Positions 40,625 to 54,649 are shown, counted from the first letter of the stretch. The stretch is DNA of 64,000 nt from Octopus vulgaris (GCA_951406725.2 OX597831.1:51770001-51834000); one strand, 5' to 3'. The notes: generated by a model not told the origin, from the sequence alone. Translations and numbers: made by a program.

Positions 40625-42018
40625 AAGAGAAATTACATCAACTATTCTTTCAAAATTTGGCACAAGGCCAGCAATTTTGAGGGGAAGTGACAAGTGGATT
40701 AAATCGATTTCAGTCTTTGACTGTTACTTCTTTCACCGCCTCCGAAATGATGAAAAGCAACGTCAACCGCAGTGAAATTTGAACTCAGAACAACTCAGAA
40801 CATTATGAACCGGAATAAATACCGCAAAGCATTTTTTTTGCCTGAAGCTCTAACAATTTGGCCAGCTCACCACCTGAATGGCATTAAATTATTTCTTTCT
40901 AATTTTGGCACAATGCCAACAATTTTGAAAGAAGGAGTAAGTAGATTCGTCAATTCTTGTGCTCAACTGGTGCTTGTTTTATCGACTCCGAAAGAATGAT
41001 AAGGCAAATTCGACCTCTGCAGAATTTAAACTCGAAATGTAATGAGTCGGAAGAAATATTGCAAAGCATGTTTTCCGACATTCTGACAATTCTGCCTGTT
41101 GACTGCCTGAATGGTGTTAGATATTGGTTTCAAATTTTGGCACAAGGCCCGTAAGTTTGGGGGAGGGGGTAAGTCGATTACATCGACTCCAGTGCTCGAT
41201 TAGTACTTATTTTATCGACCTCTGAAGGATAAAAGGCAAGGTCAACCTCGGCAGAATTTAAACTCAAAACGTGAAGGGCGAAATGCCGATAAGCATTTTG
41301 CCCGGCGTGCTAACAATTCTACCAGCACGCCACCTTAACGGCGTTAAATAATAATATCTGAATTGTGATTATTATAACAATCAGCAGAAAGGCACAGTGC
41401 TGACATAATCGTTAGCACACTGGACGAAATTCATAGCAATAGTTCTTCCGTTTTTTTTTTTTTATGTTTTGAGTTCAAATCCCGCCGCGGTCAATTTTGC
41501 CTTTCATCCTTTCGGGGTCGATAAAATGAGTACCAGTTGAAAACTGGAGTCGATGTAATCGACTGTCTCCCCCCACCTCCGCCAAATTTCAGGCCTTGTG
41601 TCTACTATAGTAGAAAGATTTATTGCAATCCTCAGAAGAGAATAAATGGTACCTTTTGAAATGTCACCATGTTGTTTAATGAAATCTGAATTTTCTTTCT
41701 TTTTCCTTTTCTATTTTTTGTGTTGTTGTTTTTTTTTTACTCTGAAAGAAAGAGCTAGTTGTAGTTATTATCGTCATCGATGTTAAGGCGGCGAGCTGGT
41801 AGAAACGTTAGCACGCCGGGCGAAATTCGTAGCCGTATTTCGTCTGTCGTTACGTTCCGAGTTCAAATTCCGCCGAGGTCGACTTTGCCTTTCATCCTTT
41901 CGGGGGTCGATAAATTAAGTACCAGTTACGCACTGGGGTCGATGTAGTCGACTTAATCCCTTTGTCTGTCCTTGTTTGTCCTCTCTGTGTTTAGCCCCTT
42001 GTGGGTAGTAAAGAAATA
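40625..42018. mobile_element. SINE-A cluster: three (-) copies then two (+) copies
   Basis: 40625-41337 (-), 41388-41620 (+), 41784-42018 (+, TSD tatcgtcatcgatgt). Confidence 0.85.
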
Positions 42019-42034
42019 TATCGTCATCGATGTC

Positions 42035-42640
42035 GCTGATGTTCCCCTTAAACAATTTACGTGTTGGCAATTGAAGGGAAAACATGTTTAAGGAGGGAAT
42101 TGCAGAAGGCTGATTTTCTGTGAGAGAAACGACTGGATGTAGTGCTTAGTGCCGGGTTTAAGGAGTGAGACGCAATAATACATTGAATGAGAACAAGAGA
42201 AACGAATGCGTCAAAAGTGCCTAAATGGAGGTGGAACGAAACCACGTGTTCCTAGGAGTAGAATCCATTATATTATTGTAGCTGGCAGTAAGGCGGTGAT
42301 CTGGCAGAATCGTTAGCATGCCAAGCAAAATGCTTAGCGGCATTTTGTCGATAAAATAAGTACCAGTCGAGCACTTGAGCCGTTGTAATCGACTTAACTC
42401 TTCCCCCCGAAATTGCTGGCATTGTGCAAAAATTTGAAACCAATTATGTAGTTGGCAGTAGCGTACTGAGTGTGTGGGTGTTGTAGAGGGATGTCTGCCC
42501 CTGGCGACGCTTTTGTGGGTGCAGCACGTTTGGGTTTGTTGTATAAACCTTTATAATCTGCGTTGACCCAGATGGGAGTGGGAGGAAATTCAAGGGCTGT
42601 CCAGATGGTACACACTCTAGTTACACCACTGGCGAGTAGA
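42035..42640 (-). pseudogene. LINE 3'-end relic interrupted by SINE-A (42289-42443)
   Basis: FCNSLLKHVFPS resembles the LWNSLP..VFP C-terminal motif of Jockey/CR1-group ORF2. Confidence 0.4.
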
Positions 42641-42824
42641 AGGGGAATAGAAGATGGGGGTGGGAATAGAAGACGGGGTGGTGTATGATGGTGGTGTATG
42701 ATGGTGAGCAACGTCATGCTTATCAGTGAAATATTCTCTCTTTGGATGCAGTCTAGCATGCCTGCTTGCATAGCAGCTGCACCGCCCCGGAATAATTTAC
42801 GCAATCAATAAATAAATAAAGAAA

Positions 42825-42867
<43 letters not shown>

Positions 42868-42965
42868 ACAAACAAACAAATAGTAATTGAGGAAGAAAGC
42901 AAAAACAAATTTGAAGAAAGAAAACAATAAAGAGGAAAATAACAGCAAATGTTAAACCATTACAA

Positions 42966-43084
42966 AACAAACTACTACTACTACTACTACTACTACAACT
43001 GCAACTACTACTACTACTACTACTACTACAACTACTACTACTACTACAACTACTACTACAACTACTACTACCACTACTACTACA

Positions 43085-43143
<59 letters not shown>

Positions 43144-43154
43144 AACTACTACTA

Positions 43155-43204
<50 letters not shown>

Positions 43205-43252
43205 ACTACTACTACTACAACTACAACTACTACTACTACAACTACTACTACA

Positions 43253-43303
<51 letters not shown>

Positions 43304-43350
43304 GTTGCTGCTACTGCTGCTGCTGCTGTTGCTACTGCTGCTGCTGCTGC
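42966..43350. repeat. Compound trinucleotide microsatellite (TAC/AAC/TGC)
   Basis: Directly visible. Confidence 0.95.
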
Positions 43351-43985
43351 ATTTGGCTGCAGCTAATTGTTTTGTTAATTAACGTCTCATTACCGAATCT
43401 TACGAAACATCTGCAGGTTCTGTTTGTTGTCTTCTCATTTCATTTCGTTTCATTTCATTCCAATGAAATCATCCTAATTGCATGTCTGTTTGTTGAAGTT
43501 GGCTCTACTGAGCATGCGTGCGGGCGGGCATTTGTGTGTATGTGTTTCTGTGTGTTTCTGTGTATGTGTGTCTGTCCAGGTAAGCGTGTGCGGTCAGAAA
43601 TGGGTATGATGTTTGTTTCGATGTGGACATGTTAACACTTGTCGCTGCTGTTGGTTGTTTAGCTCTAGGCCAGCCGTGGTCGAGCAAACCTAAGACAATA
43701 CTGACATGACCACCACGACTTATATTGTCCAAATATATATATATAGAGAGAGAGAGGGGGGGCTTTTTAAAAAATTTTAAAACAGCACTGAAATCTTATT
43801 TTCCCGGATCAAGATCAATTAATTTTTATCAAAAGAGAAAAAAAATGTGTAAAGGAAAATAATTAGAATTCAGTAATTAACAATTTCATATTAAATTTGT
43901 GAAATAAAAAGTTGAGTTCTGGGAGATTTAGAAATAATATCGGGGGAAATGGTTCTTTCAATCGTTTCCCCCGTAACACTGTTGT

Positions 43986-44371
43986 GTGGAGGCGCAATGG
44001 CCCAGTGGTTAGGGCAGCGGACTCGCGGTCGGAGGATCGCGGTTTCGATTCCCAGACCGAGCATTGTGAGTGTTTATTGAGCGAAAACACCTAAAGCTCC
44101 ACGAGGCTCCGGCAGGGATGGTGGTGAACCCTGCTGTACTCTTTCACCACAACTTTCTCTCGCTCTTTCTTCCTGTTTCTCTTGTACCTGTATTTCAAAG
44201 GGCCAGCCTTGTCACATTCTGTGTGTCACGCTGAATCTCCTCGAGAACTACGTTAAGGGTACACGTGTCTGTGGAGTGCTCAGCCACTTGCACGTTAATA
44301 TCACGAGCAAGCTGTTCCGTTGATCGTATCATCTGGGACCCTCATCGTCGCAACCGACGGAGTGCTCCTAC
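43986..44371 (+). mobile_element. SINE-C
   Basis: TSD taacactgttgt. Confidence 0.95.
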
Positions 44372-44726
44372 TAACACTGTTGTATCACAAGATGTAGATA
44401 AATGCTCCGCAACAATAATAATGTTTATATTTAAAAGCGCGAAATATAGAAACTAAAAATCTGAAATATGAAGTGTTCACAACTAATGAAATAGGGAAGT
44501 GCAACCTTTAACATATCAAGCTAAACTCAGGATGTGAGGTCACAGAATGTGTTTCGTGTTTTCTAATTCACCTAGAGTCATCTGGGTACACAGACTGTAT
44601 AAATTAAAACAAACAAACAAAAAACAGAATTTTAGGTTTTAATTACAAGAATTAAAGTAAATAAGCATTTTGGCAGCGAGCAGGAGAAAAGTATTAAAAG
44701 GGTTAATTTTTTTCTGGTCAAATTTG

Positions 44727-44815
<89 letters not shown>

Positions 44816-44913
44816 ATATACATATTCAGCTTTAATAAAAACATATTACTCTACTTTCGGTTTATGTGTACTATTTTTTTCCACCTTGTTTTGCATTTGT
44901 GTGCTTACTCAAA

Positions 44914-44961
<48 letters not shown>

Positions 44962-45015
44962 TAGATAGATAGATATTTAGATATGTATGTATATATGTAT
45001 ATATATGTATATATA

Positions 45016-45074
<59 letters not shown>

Positions 45075-45464
45075 CATGTGTGTGTTTGTGTGTGTGTGTG
45101 TGTTTGCCTGCGTGTGCTTGTATGTGTTTGTACGTTAATCAAAGGAAGTAGATCAGTGACTTTGACCATAGCAGTCCTACCAGAAAAGTGGCATTGATGC
45201 AGCAAATGCATAGCTTGAACACCCGAGCGGGAAAAGACCAATGGTAAACATCCTTCACACAATCGCTCGACTTGCAAGGTGTAAGTTACACCATACTGAC
45301 GTTAGATAACGTTGCCGATAAAGAGAACAGCAGGTAGAGTCTGAATTCTTTTAACATGGTGAATACTGCTAGAGATACGAATTACATTATAACAACACTA
45401 GTGAAATTATGACAGCACATTACGATAGTAATGTTTAACTGTAGTGACGCTATATAGATACAAT

Positions 45465-45790
45465 CATAGCACTCCGTCGGTTACGAAGACGAGGGTCCCA
45501 GCTGATACGATCAACGGAACAGGTTGCTCGTGAATTTAACGAGCAAGTGGCTGAGCACTCCACAGACACGTGTACCCTTAACGTAATTCTCAGGGCGATT
45601 CAGCATGGCACAGAGTGTGACAAGGCCGGCCCTTTGAAATACAGGTACAACTCATTTTTGCCAGCTGAGTGGACTGGAGCAACGTGAAATAAAGTGTCTT
45701 GTTCAAGGACACAACATGTTGCCGGGAACTGAACTCACGACCTTACAATCGTGAGCCGAATGCCATAACCACTTAGCCACGAGCCTTCAC
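45465..45790 (-). mobile_element. SINE family D head with SINE-C tail
   Basis: TSD atatagatacaat; distinct tRNA-like head and CORE-like segment; 3' about 190 bp shared with SINE-C. Confidence 0.9.
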
Positions 45791-46243
45791 ATATAGATAC
45801 AATAGAGATATTGAAATAACACTATAGTGACACTGGTATGATACTATCGCAAGTTATAGCCATACTATAGTGATACCGTAACATCTCTATAAAAACGCAG
45901 CAATATTGTTGGACTTTAATAAACCATAGAATGACGAAGAATGACAAATAATTTAATAGTTGAAAATTGAGAAAACAGACTTCATTAAATGTTTAAAATA
46001 GGTAATTAGCTTCTCGTTTAATCAATGATGTTACTTAATTAGTTTCGCTTAATTGCTGTTGAAGTAACTTTAGGTTTTAAATAGATTTTGTTTGAACTCA
46101 AAACATTGTGAAATAGAAAGCAGTAACGTACAATACTGCATTATTATCGTACTAAACATTATTATCGTACAACACAATACTGCAATATACAGAACGGTAA
46201 CACAAGCTTTAACGTAAAACTCTGTGGAAGACAGCATTGTAAT

Positions 46244-46630
46244 GTGGAAGCACTCCGTCGGTTACGACGACGAGGGTTCCGGTTGATCCGAATAAACGGA
46301 ACAGCCTGCTCGTGAAATTAACGTGTAAGTGGCTGAGCACTCCACAGACACGTGTACCCTTAACGTAGTTCTCGGGGATATTCAGCGTGACACAGAGAGT
46401 GACAAGGCCGGCCCTTTGAAATACAGGTACAAGAGAAACAGGAAGTAAGAGTGAGAGAAAGTTGTGGTGAAAGAGTACAGCAGGGATCACCACCATCCCC
46501 TGCCGGAGCCTCGTGGAGCTTTAGGTGTTTTCGCTCAATAAACACTCACAACGCCCGGTCTGGGAATCGAAACCGCGATCCTATGACCGCGAGTCCGCTG
46601 CCCTAACCACTGGGCCATTGCGCCTCCACA
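46244..46630 (-). mobile_element. SINE-C
   Basis: TSD acagcattgtaat. Confidence 0.95.
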
Positions 46631-46807
46631 ACAGCATTGTAATATACAACAGTGGAACAGACCACTGCAACACAGAACACTTTAACACACACAACAGTAA
46701 CATTCAGCACTGTTTTGCTTTCATTTCTAGAAAGCGTGGAACGCGGCAAAGAGGTTCCACATTGGTTAGTTGTCTCGGCGGTAAAATAGAAAATTTGTTA
46801 CGGCATA

Positions 46808-47153
46808 CGGCGGGTCGTTGAAAAGTTCCTAGCTTTTGGCGAAAGAAAATATAGGAGGATCAGTTAATTATGATTTTATTCGACATATTCCCATCTCAGA
46901 TTCACACACTTATTGCACACTTTTTCCATGTAAGTGATGATTATATTTCAATTTTTTTATGTTTAATTTAAATATATGTTGTGATTGAATTATTTGATAC
47001 TACCAAATTAATGGCAGGGAATTTTATCATCTTGTTGATCTTGTTGGTTGCTCCATGGTTGCGGTGGTCCTGTAAAAGAACTCAGAATGTTGGGGCCTCC
47101 GACCAGGCCATTCGCGATACCCTTAAAGCCAGGAACTTTTAGGCAACCCCTCA
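46808..47153. mobile_element. Mariner-derived MITE carrying a 140-bp foreign insert
   Basis: TIRs ..aaaagttcct(a/g)gcttt / aaagccaggaactttt.., TA flanks; insert about 46918-47060. Confidence 0.7.
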
Positions 47154-47270
47154 TATATTGTTGATTTGCATTGCTGAATTCCTCTTCTGTTGGTATGATA
47201 TATAGGGTGATTAATTCCACTAAGCTCAGTAACCCTATATGCAGGTCAACAAAGGAGTCGTACTCTCTCT

Positions 47271-47316
<46 letters not shown>

Positions 47317-47336
47317 TCTTTATCTTTCCTTGTGTA

Positions 47337-47688
47337 TGGAAGCACTCCGTCGGTTACGACGATGAGGGTTCCGGTTGATCCGAATCAACGGAACAGCCTG
47401 CTCGTGAAATTAACGTGTAAGTGGCTGAGCACTCCACAGACACGTGCACCCTTAACGTAGTTCTCGGGGATATTCAGCGTGACACAGAGAGTGACAAGGC
47501 CGGCCCCTTGAAATACAGGTACAACAGAAACAGGAAGTAAGAGTGAGAGAAAGTTGTGGTGAAAGAGTACAGCAGGGATCACCACCATCCCCTGCCGGAG
47601 CCTCGTGGAGCTTTAGGTGTTTTCGCTCAATAAACACTCACAACGCCCGGTCTGGGAATCGAAACCGCGATCCTATGACCGCGAGTCC
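47337..47688 (-). mobile_element. SINE-C, 5'-truncated
   Basis: Near-identical to 46244-46630 but lacks the A box; short TSD tgtgta. Confidence 0.9.
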
Positions 47689-47729
47689 ATGTGTATGTAT
47701 GTATGTATGCGCGCCTGTGTGTGTCTGTG

Positions 47730-48045
47730 CATTTCATAGTTTCTCACGTGTGGTCGTATGTATAAATATTGTTCAGCATGCGTGAGCTCACCGTAGTTAA
47801 CATATGGTGGACAGACGTTGCAGTAAAGAGTTTCACAAACTGACAGCGGAGAAACGATAAACAACATACAGCAAATGGGAACGATGATGTGATGACTAGT
47901 ATATTGCACAGCTGCATACAAGACTGCTGTTTCTCTATTGATGTATCTTTTAGAGACACCACTTTGTAATTGCTGTTGTTTTGCCCTAACTCGACCTTGA
48001 TTGACCATTCTGCTGATGAAAGGCTTTGCAACCGTGAATCGGAAC
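47730..48045 (+). pseudogene. Possible PLE 3' end (GIY-YIG remnant plus decayed HHR core)
   Basis: CSAC..TYGGQTLQ*R motif, then CTGATGA near 48014 with an imperfect stem and GAAT. Confidence 0.3.
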
Positions 48046-49222
48046 ATTATCAAATCTTTTATCTTTACTTTTACTTCTTTTTCAGTCATTAGACTGCGGT
48101 CATGCTGGAGCACCGCCTTATTGTTTTAAAGCGTGGTACTTATTCTATCAGTTCCTTATGCACACAACACACGCACATGCACGCACACCCACAGCACATG
48201 CACACGCACATACGCATATACATACACACAAACACACGCTCACACACACACACGCTTTTTTCAGTTTCCATCTACCAAATCCACTCATAAGGTTTTGGTG
48301 CACCCGACGCTACAGTAGAAGACACTTACCCAAAGTGCCACGCAGTGGGACTGAACTCGGGACCATGTAATCGGAAAGCAAATTTCTTTCCACACAGCTA
48401 CGTCTGCGCCTCTGTGCTTTCTATTTTCAGCGGCAGGAAATTATTTAAAGGAGAAGTAGCTACTATTTCTCGGGGAATGAGGGCCGACTTATAGCAGAAG
48501 TCTCTTTTGCGATGTCAGTGTTACTAAGAGTATATTGTCGATACATCGTCCGAATGCTTTTTTTGATTTTCCTTTTTAGTTGCTTTCCTTTCCTTTTTAG
48601 TTAATTATTTAATCAGGTTTCAGATATGTGCATCTAAATTTATTGAGGCAGGAATGTTGTCATTTTTGGCCGTGTCTCTATGGGCAGACCTGAAGGCATG
48701 TAGTAAAGCTGTCCAGAAAAGGCATTGGTTAAAAGTTCTAAATTTACTTTTTAAATTTCAAAATTAATTAAAAGGGATTTTTCATAAATTAAACTTATAT
48801 TAATGGGATGTAGGTAATTCTAACTTGTCTATATCTGATATGCTTTTATAATTACTGTTGTATTGAATAATTATTGATAGATCTAGATTAGCAGCAGTCA
48901 GTACTATTATCCCCAACTCAAAATGTAGGTTACTTAAGGCGAGCCTAGTAACTGATGGTTTTGGGGTCTTGTTATTTGTAACTTTTGGTGAGCCGTGGAG
49001 CAACCAGCACGATGATAAAATTCCCTGCCATTAATTTGGTAATATGAAATAATTCAATCACAACATATATTTAAATTAAACATAAAAAAATTGAAATATA
49101 ATCATTACTTACATGGAAAAATTGAAATATTATCTTTTAGTATTTTATAAGTTAAAATCTTAAATTATTAATTGACACATTATTAATTATCTTATAACAG
49201 CAATGCCTGGAAAAATCATGGA

Positions 49223-49719
49223 TTACATGGAAAAATGCGAGCATGAAAAGTAATATTCTTAAGATTATAAACCTGCAAAAGTACAGGACAAGTTATTACA
49301 CATGTAAAAGTATAGGACAAGCTATTACTTCTAGTAAAGTAAAGAATAAGAAACTTTTTACTTAAAATATTGCAGCTAAAATTAAAATTTCAATATTAAA
49401 AATTATCACAAATAACATTATACTAATTTGGTAGAATTTGGCTAATTTACTACCTTAAATACAGAAAAAGTGACTAATTAGACAAACTTACAAATTAGTT
49501 TTGTACAATAAATTTAAAAGACGAGAACTGTAAAGAGTGATAAATTAGAAGAACTGGCATTCTTTGCTGCAATATTTTAAGTAAAAAGTTTCTTATTCTT
49601 TACTTTACTAGAAGTAATAACTTGTCCTATACTTTTCCAGGTGTAATAACTTGTCCTGTACTTTTCCAGGTTTATAATCTTAGGAATATTACTTTTCATG
49701 CTCGCATTTTTCCATGTAA
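49223..49719. repeat. Foldback-like inverted repeat (about 154-bp arms, about 190-bp spacer)
   Basis: 49223-49376 is nearly the exact reverse complement of 49566-49719; arms contain roughly 29-bp tandem subrepeats. Confidence 0.9.
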
Positions 49720-49789
49720 TATATATGTGTGTACCGTTGGCGATTTTATTTCCTCCGTCTTCCCTTCTCTGGATCTTTCCTTTTTCTAT

Positions 49790-49824
49790 GTTTCTGACGA
49801 AGAGCACCACTCGAAACGTAAAAC
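49790..49824 (+). ncRNA. Minimal type I hammerhead ribozyme with loopless stem III
   Basis: gttt-CUGACGA-a-gag/cacca/ctc-GAAA-CG-UA-aaac; stem I gttt/aaac. Downstream sequence resembles repeats at about 900-1010, 23575-23670 and 53030-53118. Confidence 0.7.
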
Positions 49825-49923
49825 CCTCCTTCTTCCCTTCCTGCCTGAGCGTCCAATAATACTATATTTGTTCCACGTCCTCGCGTTGTTGTGTTTTCTC
49901 TTTGTGCTTTCAAGTTTGGATTA

Positions 49924-50027
<104 letters not shown>

Positions 50028-50176
50028 GATGTTTGTTTTTATGTTAAGTTATAATAAAGACAATTTTACATTAAACTGATGGGTTACTTTATACTTTTGC
50101 TGTGTACAAATTTATTCTCATACAAGAGTATTATTGACAGTGACTTCGAAGTCTTTGTCAACAAAATTCTTGTATA

Positions 50177-50241
<65 letters not shown>

Positions 50242-50243
<2 letters not shown>

Positions 50244-51117
50244 CAGGCGTGGCTGCGTGATGAGTAGCTTGCTTCCCAACCACATCGTTCCGGGTTCAGT
50301 GCCACTGCGTGGCACCTTGGGTAAGTGTCTTCTACTATAGCCTCGAGCCGACCAAAGCCTCGTGAGTGGATATGGTAGACGGAAACTGAAAGAAGCTTGT
50401 CGTATATATATATGCGTGTATGTGTATATGTGTATCTGTGTTTGTTCCACCACTATCGCTTGACAACCGATGTTGGTGTGTTCACAGTCCTGTAACATAG
50501 CGGTTCGTCAAAACAGACCGATAGATCAAGTTCTAGGCTTACAAAATATAAGTCCTAGGATCGATCTGTTCGACTGAAGGCGGTGCTCCAGCATGACTGC
50601 AGTCAAAATGACTGAAACAAATAAAGGAAAAAAAGAATATATGTATATGTATACATCCCCCCACACACACACATGCATATAAACACATATACAAACATAT
50701 ATTCTTTACTCTTTTACTTGTTTCAGTCATTTGACTGCGGCCATGCTGGAGCACCGCCTTTAGTCGAGCAACTCGACCCCGGGACTTATTCTTTGTAAGC
50801 CCAGTACTTATTCTATCGGTCTCTTTTGCCGAACCGCTAAGTGACTGGGACGTAAACACACCAGCATCAGTTGTCAAACAATGCTAGAGAGACAAACACA
50901 GACACACAAACATATACACACACATACATATACATATATATATATATATATATACGACAGGCTTCTTTCAGTTTCCGTCTACCAAATCCACTCACAAGGC
51001 ATTGGTCGGCCCGAGGCTATAGCAGAAGACACTTGCCCAAGATGCCACGCAGTAGGACTGAACCCGGAACCATGTGGTTGGTAGACAAGCTACTTACCAC
51101 ACAACCACTCCTGTGCC
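50242..51117. mobile_element. Convergent full-length SINE-B pair
   Basis: 50242-50627 (+) and 50703-51117 (-); head gcaggcgtggct..ggttcagt.cc, CORE-like ccttgggcaagt. Confidence 0.9.
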
Positions 51118-51520
51118 TATATATATATGTATGTGTACAGTGGGGGATAGAGAGAGAAAGAGAGAGAGAGAGAGGGGATGGAGAGAAAGATAGACAGACA
51201 CAGAATCAGACAGACGGAAAGGGAGAACTAATACAAAACACCACTCCTAAAATGTTCATCCCTTTCCTCCGGCTCACAAACTGTATACCAACGCAGCTCT
51301 TCCTCTTTCTGTTCGTGACTTTTGACTTTTCTTTTCCTTCTTCCTCCTCGCCAGACATCTTTACCACATTACAACACCTGCGAGAGAACTCGATGGCATT
51401 GCACAGACAGATAAGATACATCACTTAATGTGCTTAGTCGTTGACATCTTTTCCTTTGCTCTCTCATCTCTCTCTCTCTCTCTCTCTCTTTACTTATATG
51501 CAAATGTTAATGTATACAAT

Positions 51521-51620
<100 letters not shown>

Positions 51621-51775
51621 GTGTATGTTTATATGTTAATGCTTATGTCTGCCTTTCTTTATGAGGCTGCAGAGCGTGTGTGAGCATGTAGGTATGTGTG
51701 TTTGTATGAACGTGCATTTTTCGTTCATTATTTTAGAGGTCTCACTCAATTTATTCACGGGCAATATAAACGCGC

Positions 51776-51855
<80 letters not shown>

Positions 51856-52221
51856 CTATATCTATATCTATATCTATCTATATCTATATCTATCTCTCTC
51901 TATATATATATTTCTTTTACTTGTTTCAGTCATTTGACTGCGGCCACGCTGGAGCACCATTCTATCGGTATCTTTTGCCGAACCGTAAAGTTACGGGGAT
52001 GTAAACGCACCAGCATCGGTTGTCAAGCGATGTTAGGGAACAAACACACAAGCACACACACGCACACACGACAGGCTTCTTTCCGTTTCCATCTGCCAAA
52101 TATACTCACAAGGCTTTGGTCGGCCCGAGGCTATAGTAGAAGACACTTGCCCAAGATGCCATGCAGTGGGACTGGACCCGGAACCATGTGGTTGGGGAGC
52201 AAGCTACTGACATCTCCTATG

Positions 52222-52254
<33 letters not shown>

Positions 52255-52295
52255 CACACTCATACACACACACACACACACACTTATATACATAT

Positions 52296-52341
<46 letters not shown>

Positions 52342-52755
52342 TGACAGAAATAGAGAGAGTGAGAGGACGTACATGAAGGTATGTGTGTGTATATATGGAC
52401 ACAGCCACATACACACACACACACCCATGTCTGTGTATCTTCTTCTGCCCTACATAATTCCCCTTTCTGCCACCTACAGTGAGCCATCTGGTAGACAGGC
52501 ACCACTCGCCTTCCTGTGCTCTTCCAGTTTATCGCCAGATAAACCTCCAGATAAGCTAGACTGAATGACTGAAATATATATATACACACACACATACATA
52601 TAAATGTATACATATACATGCACAGACACACAAACACGCACGCATACATACATACATACATACATACATACATACATACATACATACATACATACATACA
52701 TACATACATACATAGATACATATATACATACATATATATATATATATAAAATAAA

Positions 52756-52807
<52 letters not shown>

Positions 52808-52962
52808 TATGGGTACAGGACGTCACCAACGGTGCAAATAACTGAAAATACGTGAACAACGAGGAAAAAACGGAAAAATAGGACAATACAGAAAAGGGAC
52901 CCTTCATCAGTTGTTGGCTGTCTATCTACTCCTCCTTTTGAGCATTCAACGACACACACACA

Positions 52963-53015
<53 letters not shown>

Positions 53016-53118
53016 ACACACACACATAGTGAGAATTTACACAAAAAAAAAGAATAAAAAAGACGATGAAGGGTGTGTAAAGAACTAACAGATGTATTAG
53101 TTTAACGCTCGGGAAGTG

Positions 53119-53289
53119 AAGCACATAAATATGAAAAACAAAGTGAGAAAAATAGTACTCGAATACCAGAGGTAGAGTAAAATGCTCATCGGACAGTTTT
53201 GGTTGTCTCAACCAAAACTGCTCGACGTGCGGGAACGTGAAACTCTGAGTAACAGTTTCTTTTGTGATGCCTTTGCAGCTTTATTAATA

Positions 53290-53292
<3 letters not shown>
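53119..53292. mobile_element. Inverted fragments of another HHR-bearing element
   Basis: Hairpin cagttttggttg/caaccaaaactg at the junction. Plus side aactg-ctcgacgt-gcg/ggaa/cgt-GAAA-ctctgag-UA-acagtt; minus side aactgt-CCGAUGA. Related sequence at about 44825-44910. Confidence 0.6.
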
Positions 53293-53364
<72 letters not shown>

Positions 53365-53449
53365 GTGTACTCCTATGTTTGAATGTACAGGTATGTTATG
53401 TGGGTGTATTTGAGTAAATATATGTACGTGCATAAATACGTATGTATGT

Positions 53450-53518
<69 letters not shown>

Positions 53519-53588
53519 CATATATGTAAATCAGAAATGGAAAAACAAAACAATAAATTGAACAATTATGAATTCAATTCAATCTTAA

Positions 53589-54202
53589 TATTTTATAGAA
53601 ATGACATATCTCCTAAATTACAGCTGTTTCCGCTTCATTAATAAAACGAAGTTTTTTCAAGAATAATCAAATCCGTTTAAATATGTAATAGTGCTTCATC
53701 TGATTAACATACCTTCTTAACAATTTGACAAAAAATATAAAATGAAAATATCTATTTCTAAATCTTTATATAGACGCTATATGAATAAGTTTAATCATAA
53801 ATAAGTAAATAATCTAACTGAAATTTTGTAAATTCATAATCTTAATTCTATAACTATTCCGTTCTATAACCGGTTTATGTATGCACATATTTATATATAT
53901 TTATATAAATACATACACACATACGGAATAGTTATAGATTTAAAGTTGTGAATTTGCAAAATTTCAGTTAGATTATTTATGTATTAATGATTAAGCTTTT
54001 TCATATAGCGTCTTTGTAAAGATTTAGAAATTATGCATATTTTCATTTTATATTTATCGTCAAATAGTTAAGGAGGTATGTTAATCTGATGAAGCATCAT
54101 TACATACTTAAACGGATTTGATAATTCTTGAAAAACTTCGTTTTATTAATGAAGCGGAAGCAGCTGTAATTTAGGAGATGTGTCATTTGTTTGTATAAAA
54201 TA
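53589..54202. mobile_element. About 275-bp inverted repeat; each arm carries a damaged type I HHR
   Basis: Arms 53589-53862 and 53923-54202. Right arm CUGAUGA(54086)..GAAG-CAGCUG-UA; left arm (minus) CAGAUGA..GAAA-CAGCUG-UA. Confidence 0.85.
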
Positions 54203-54207
54203 GATAG

Positions 54208-54299
<92 letters not shown>

Positions 54300-54300
54300 G

Positions 54301-54377
<77 letters not shown>

Positions 54378-54607
54378 GAGTAGTGAACAAATGAAGAAAA
54401 GTGTCACTCAACACAGCTGGTATGGGTTACATGTATTATTTAATAGCAGTTTGATTTAGCTCCATGCAACTTTGGTTATCTAAGCCTGAAGAGCTAAGTT
54501 CGTTTTTCAAGTCCACAAAGTTGTATGGAGTCAAATCCAACTGTTATTAAATCATATATATCTGTGTGTGTGTGTGTGTGTGTATGTGTGTGTGTGTGTT
54601 TGTGTGT

Positions 54608-54649
<42 letters not shown>

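Noticed and set aside
42949-43635. 228-aa poly-Tyr/Cys ORF
   Set aside because: Compound triplet microsatellite with no complex domain or splice support.
52890-52950. Possible type II hammerhead (minus strand)
   Set aside because: CTGATGA present, but GAAA is absent and stems I and III do not pair convincingly.
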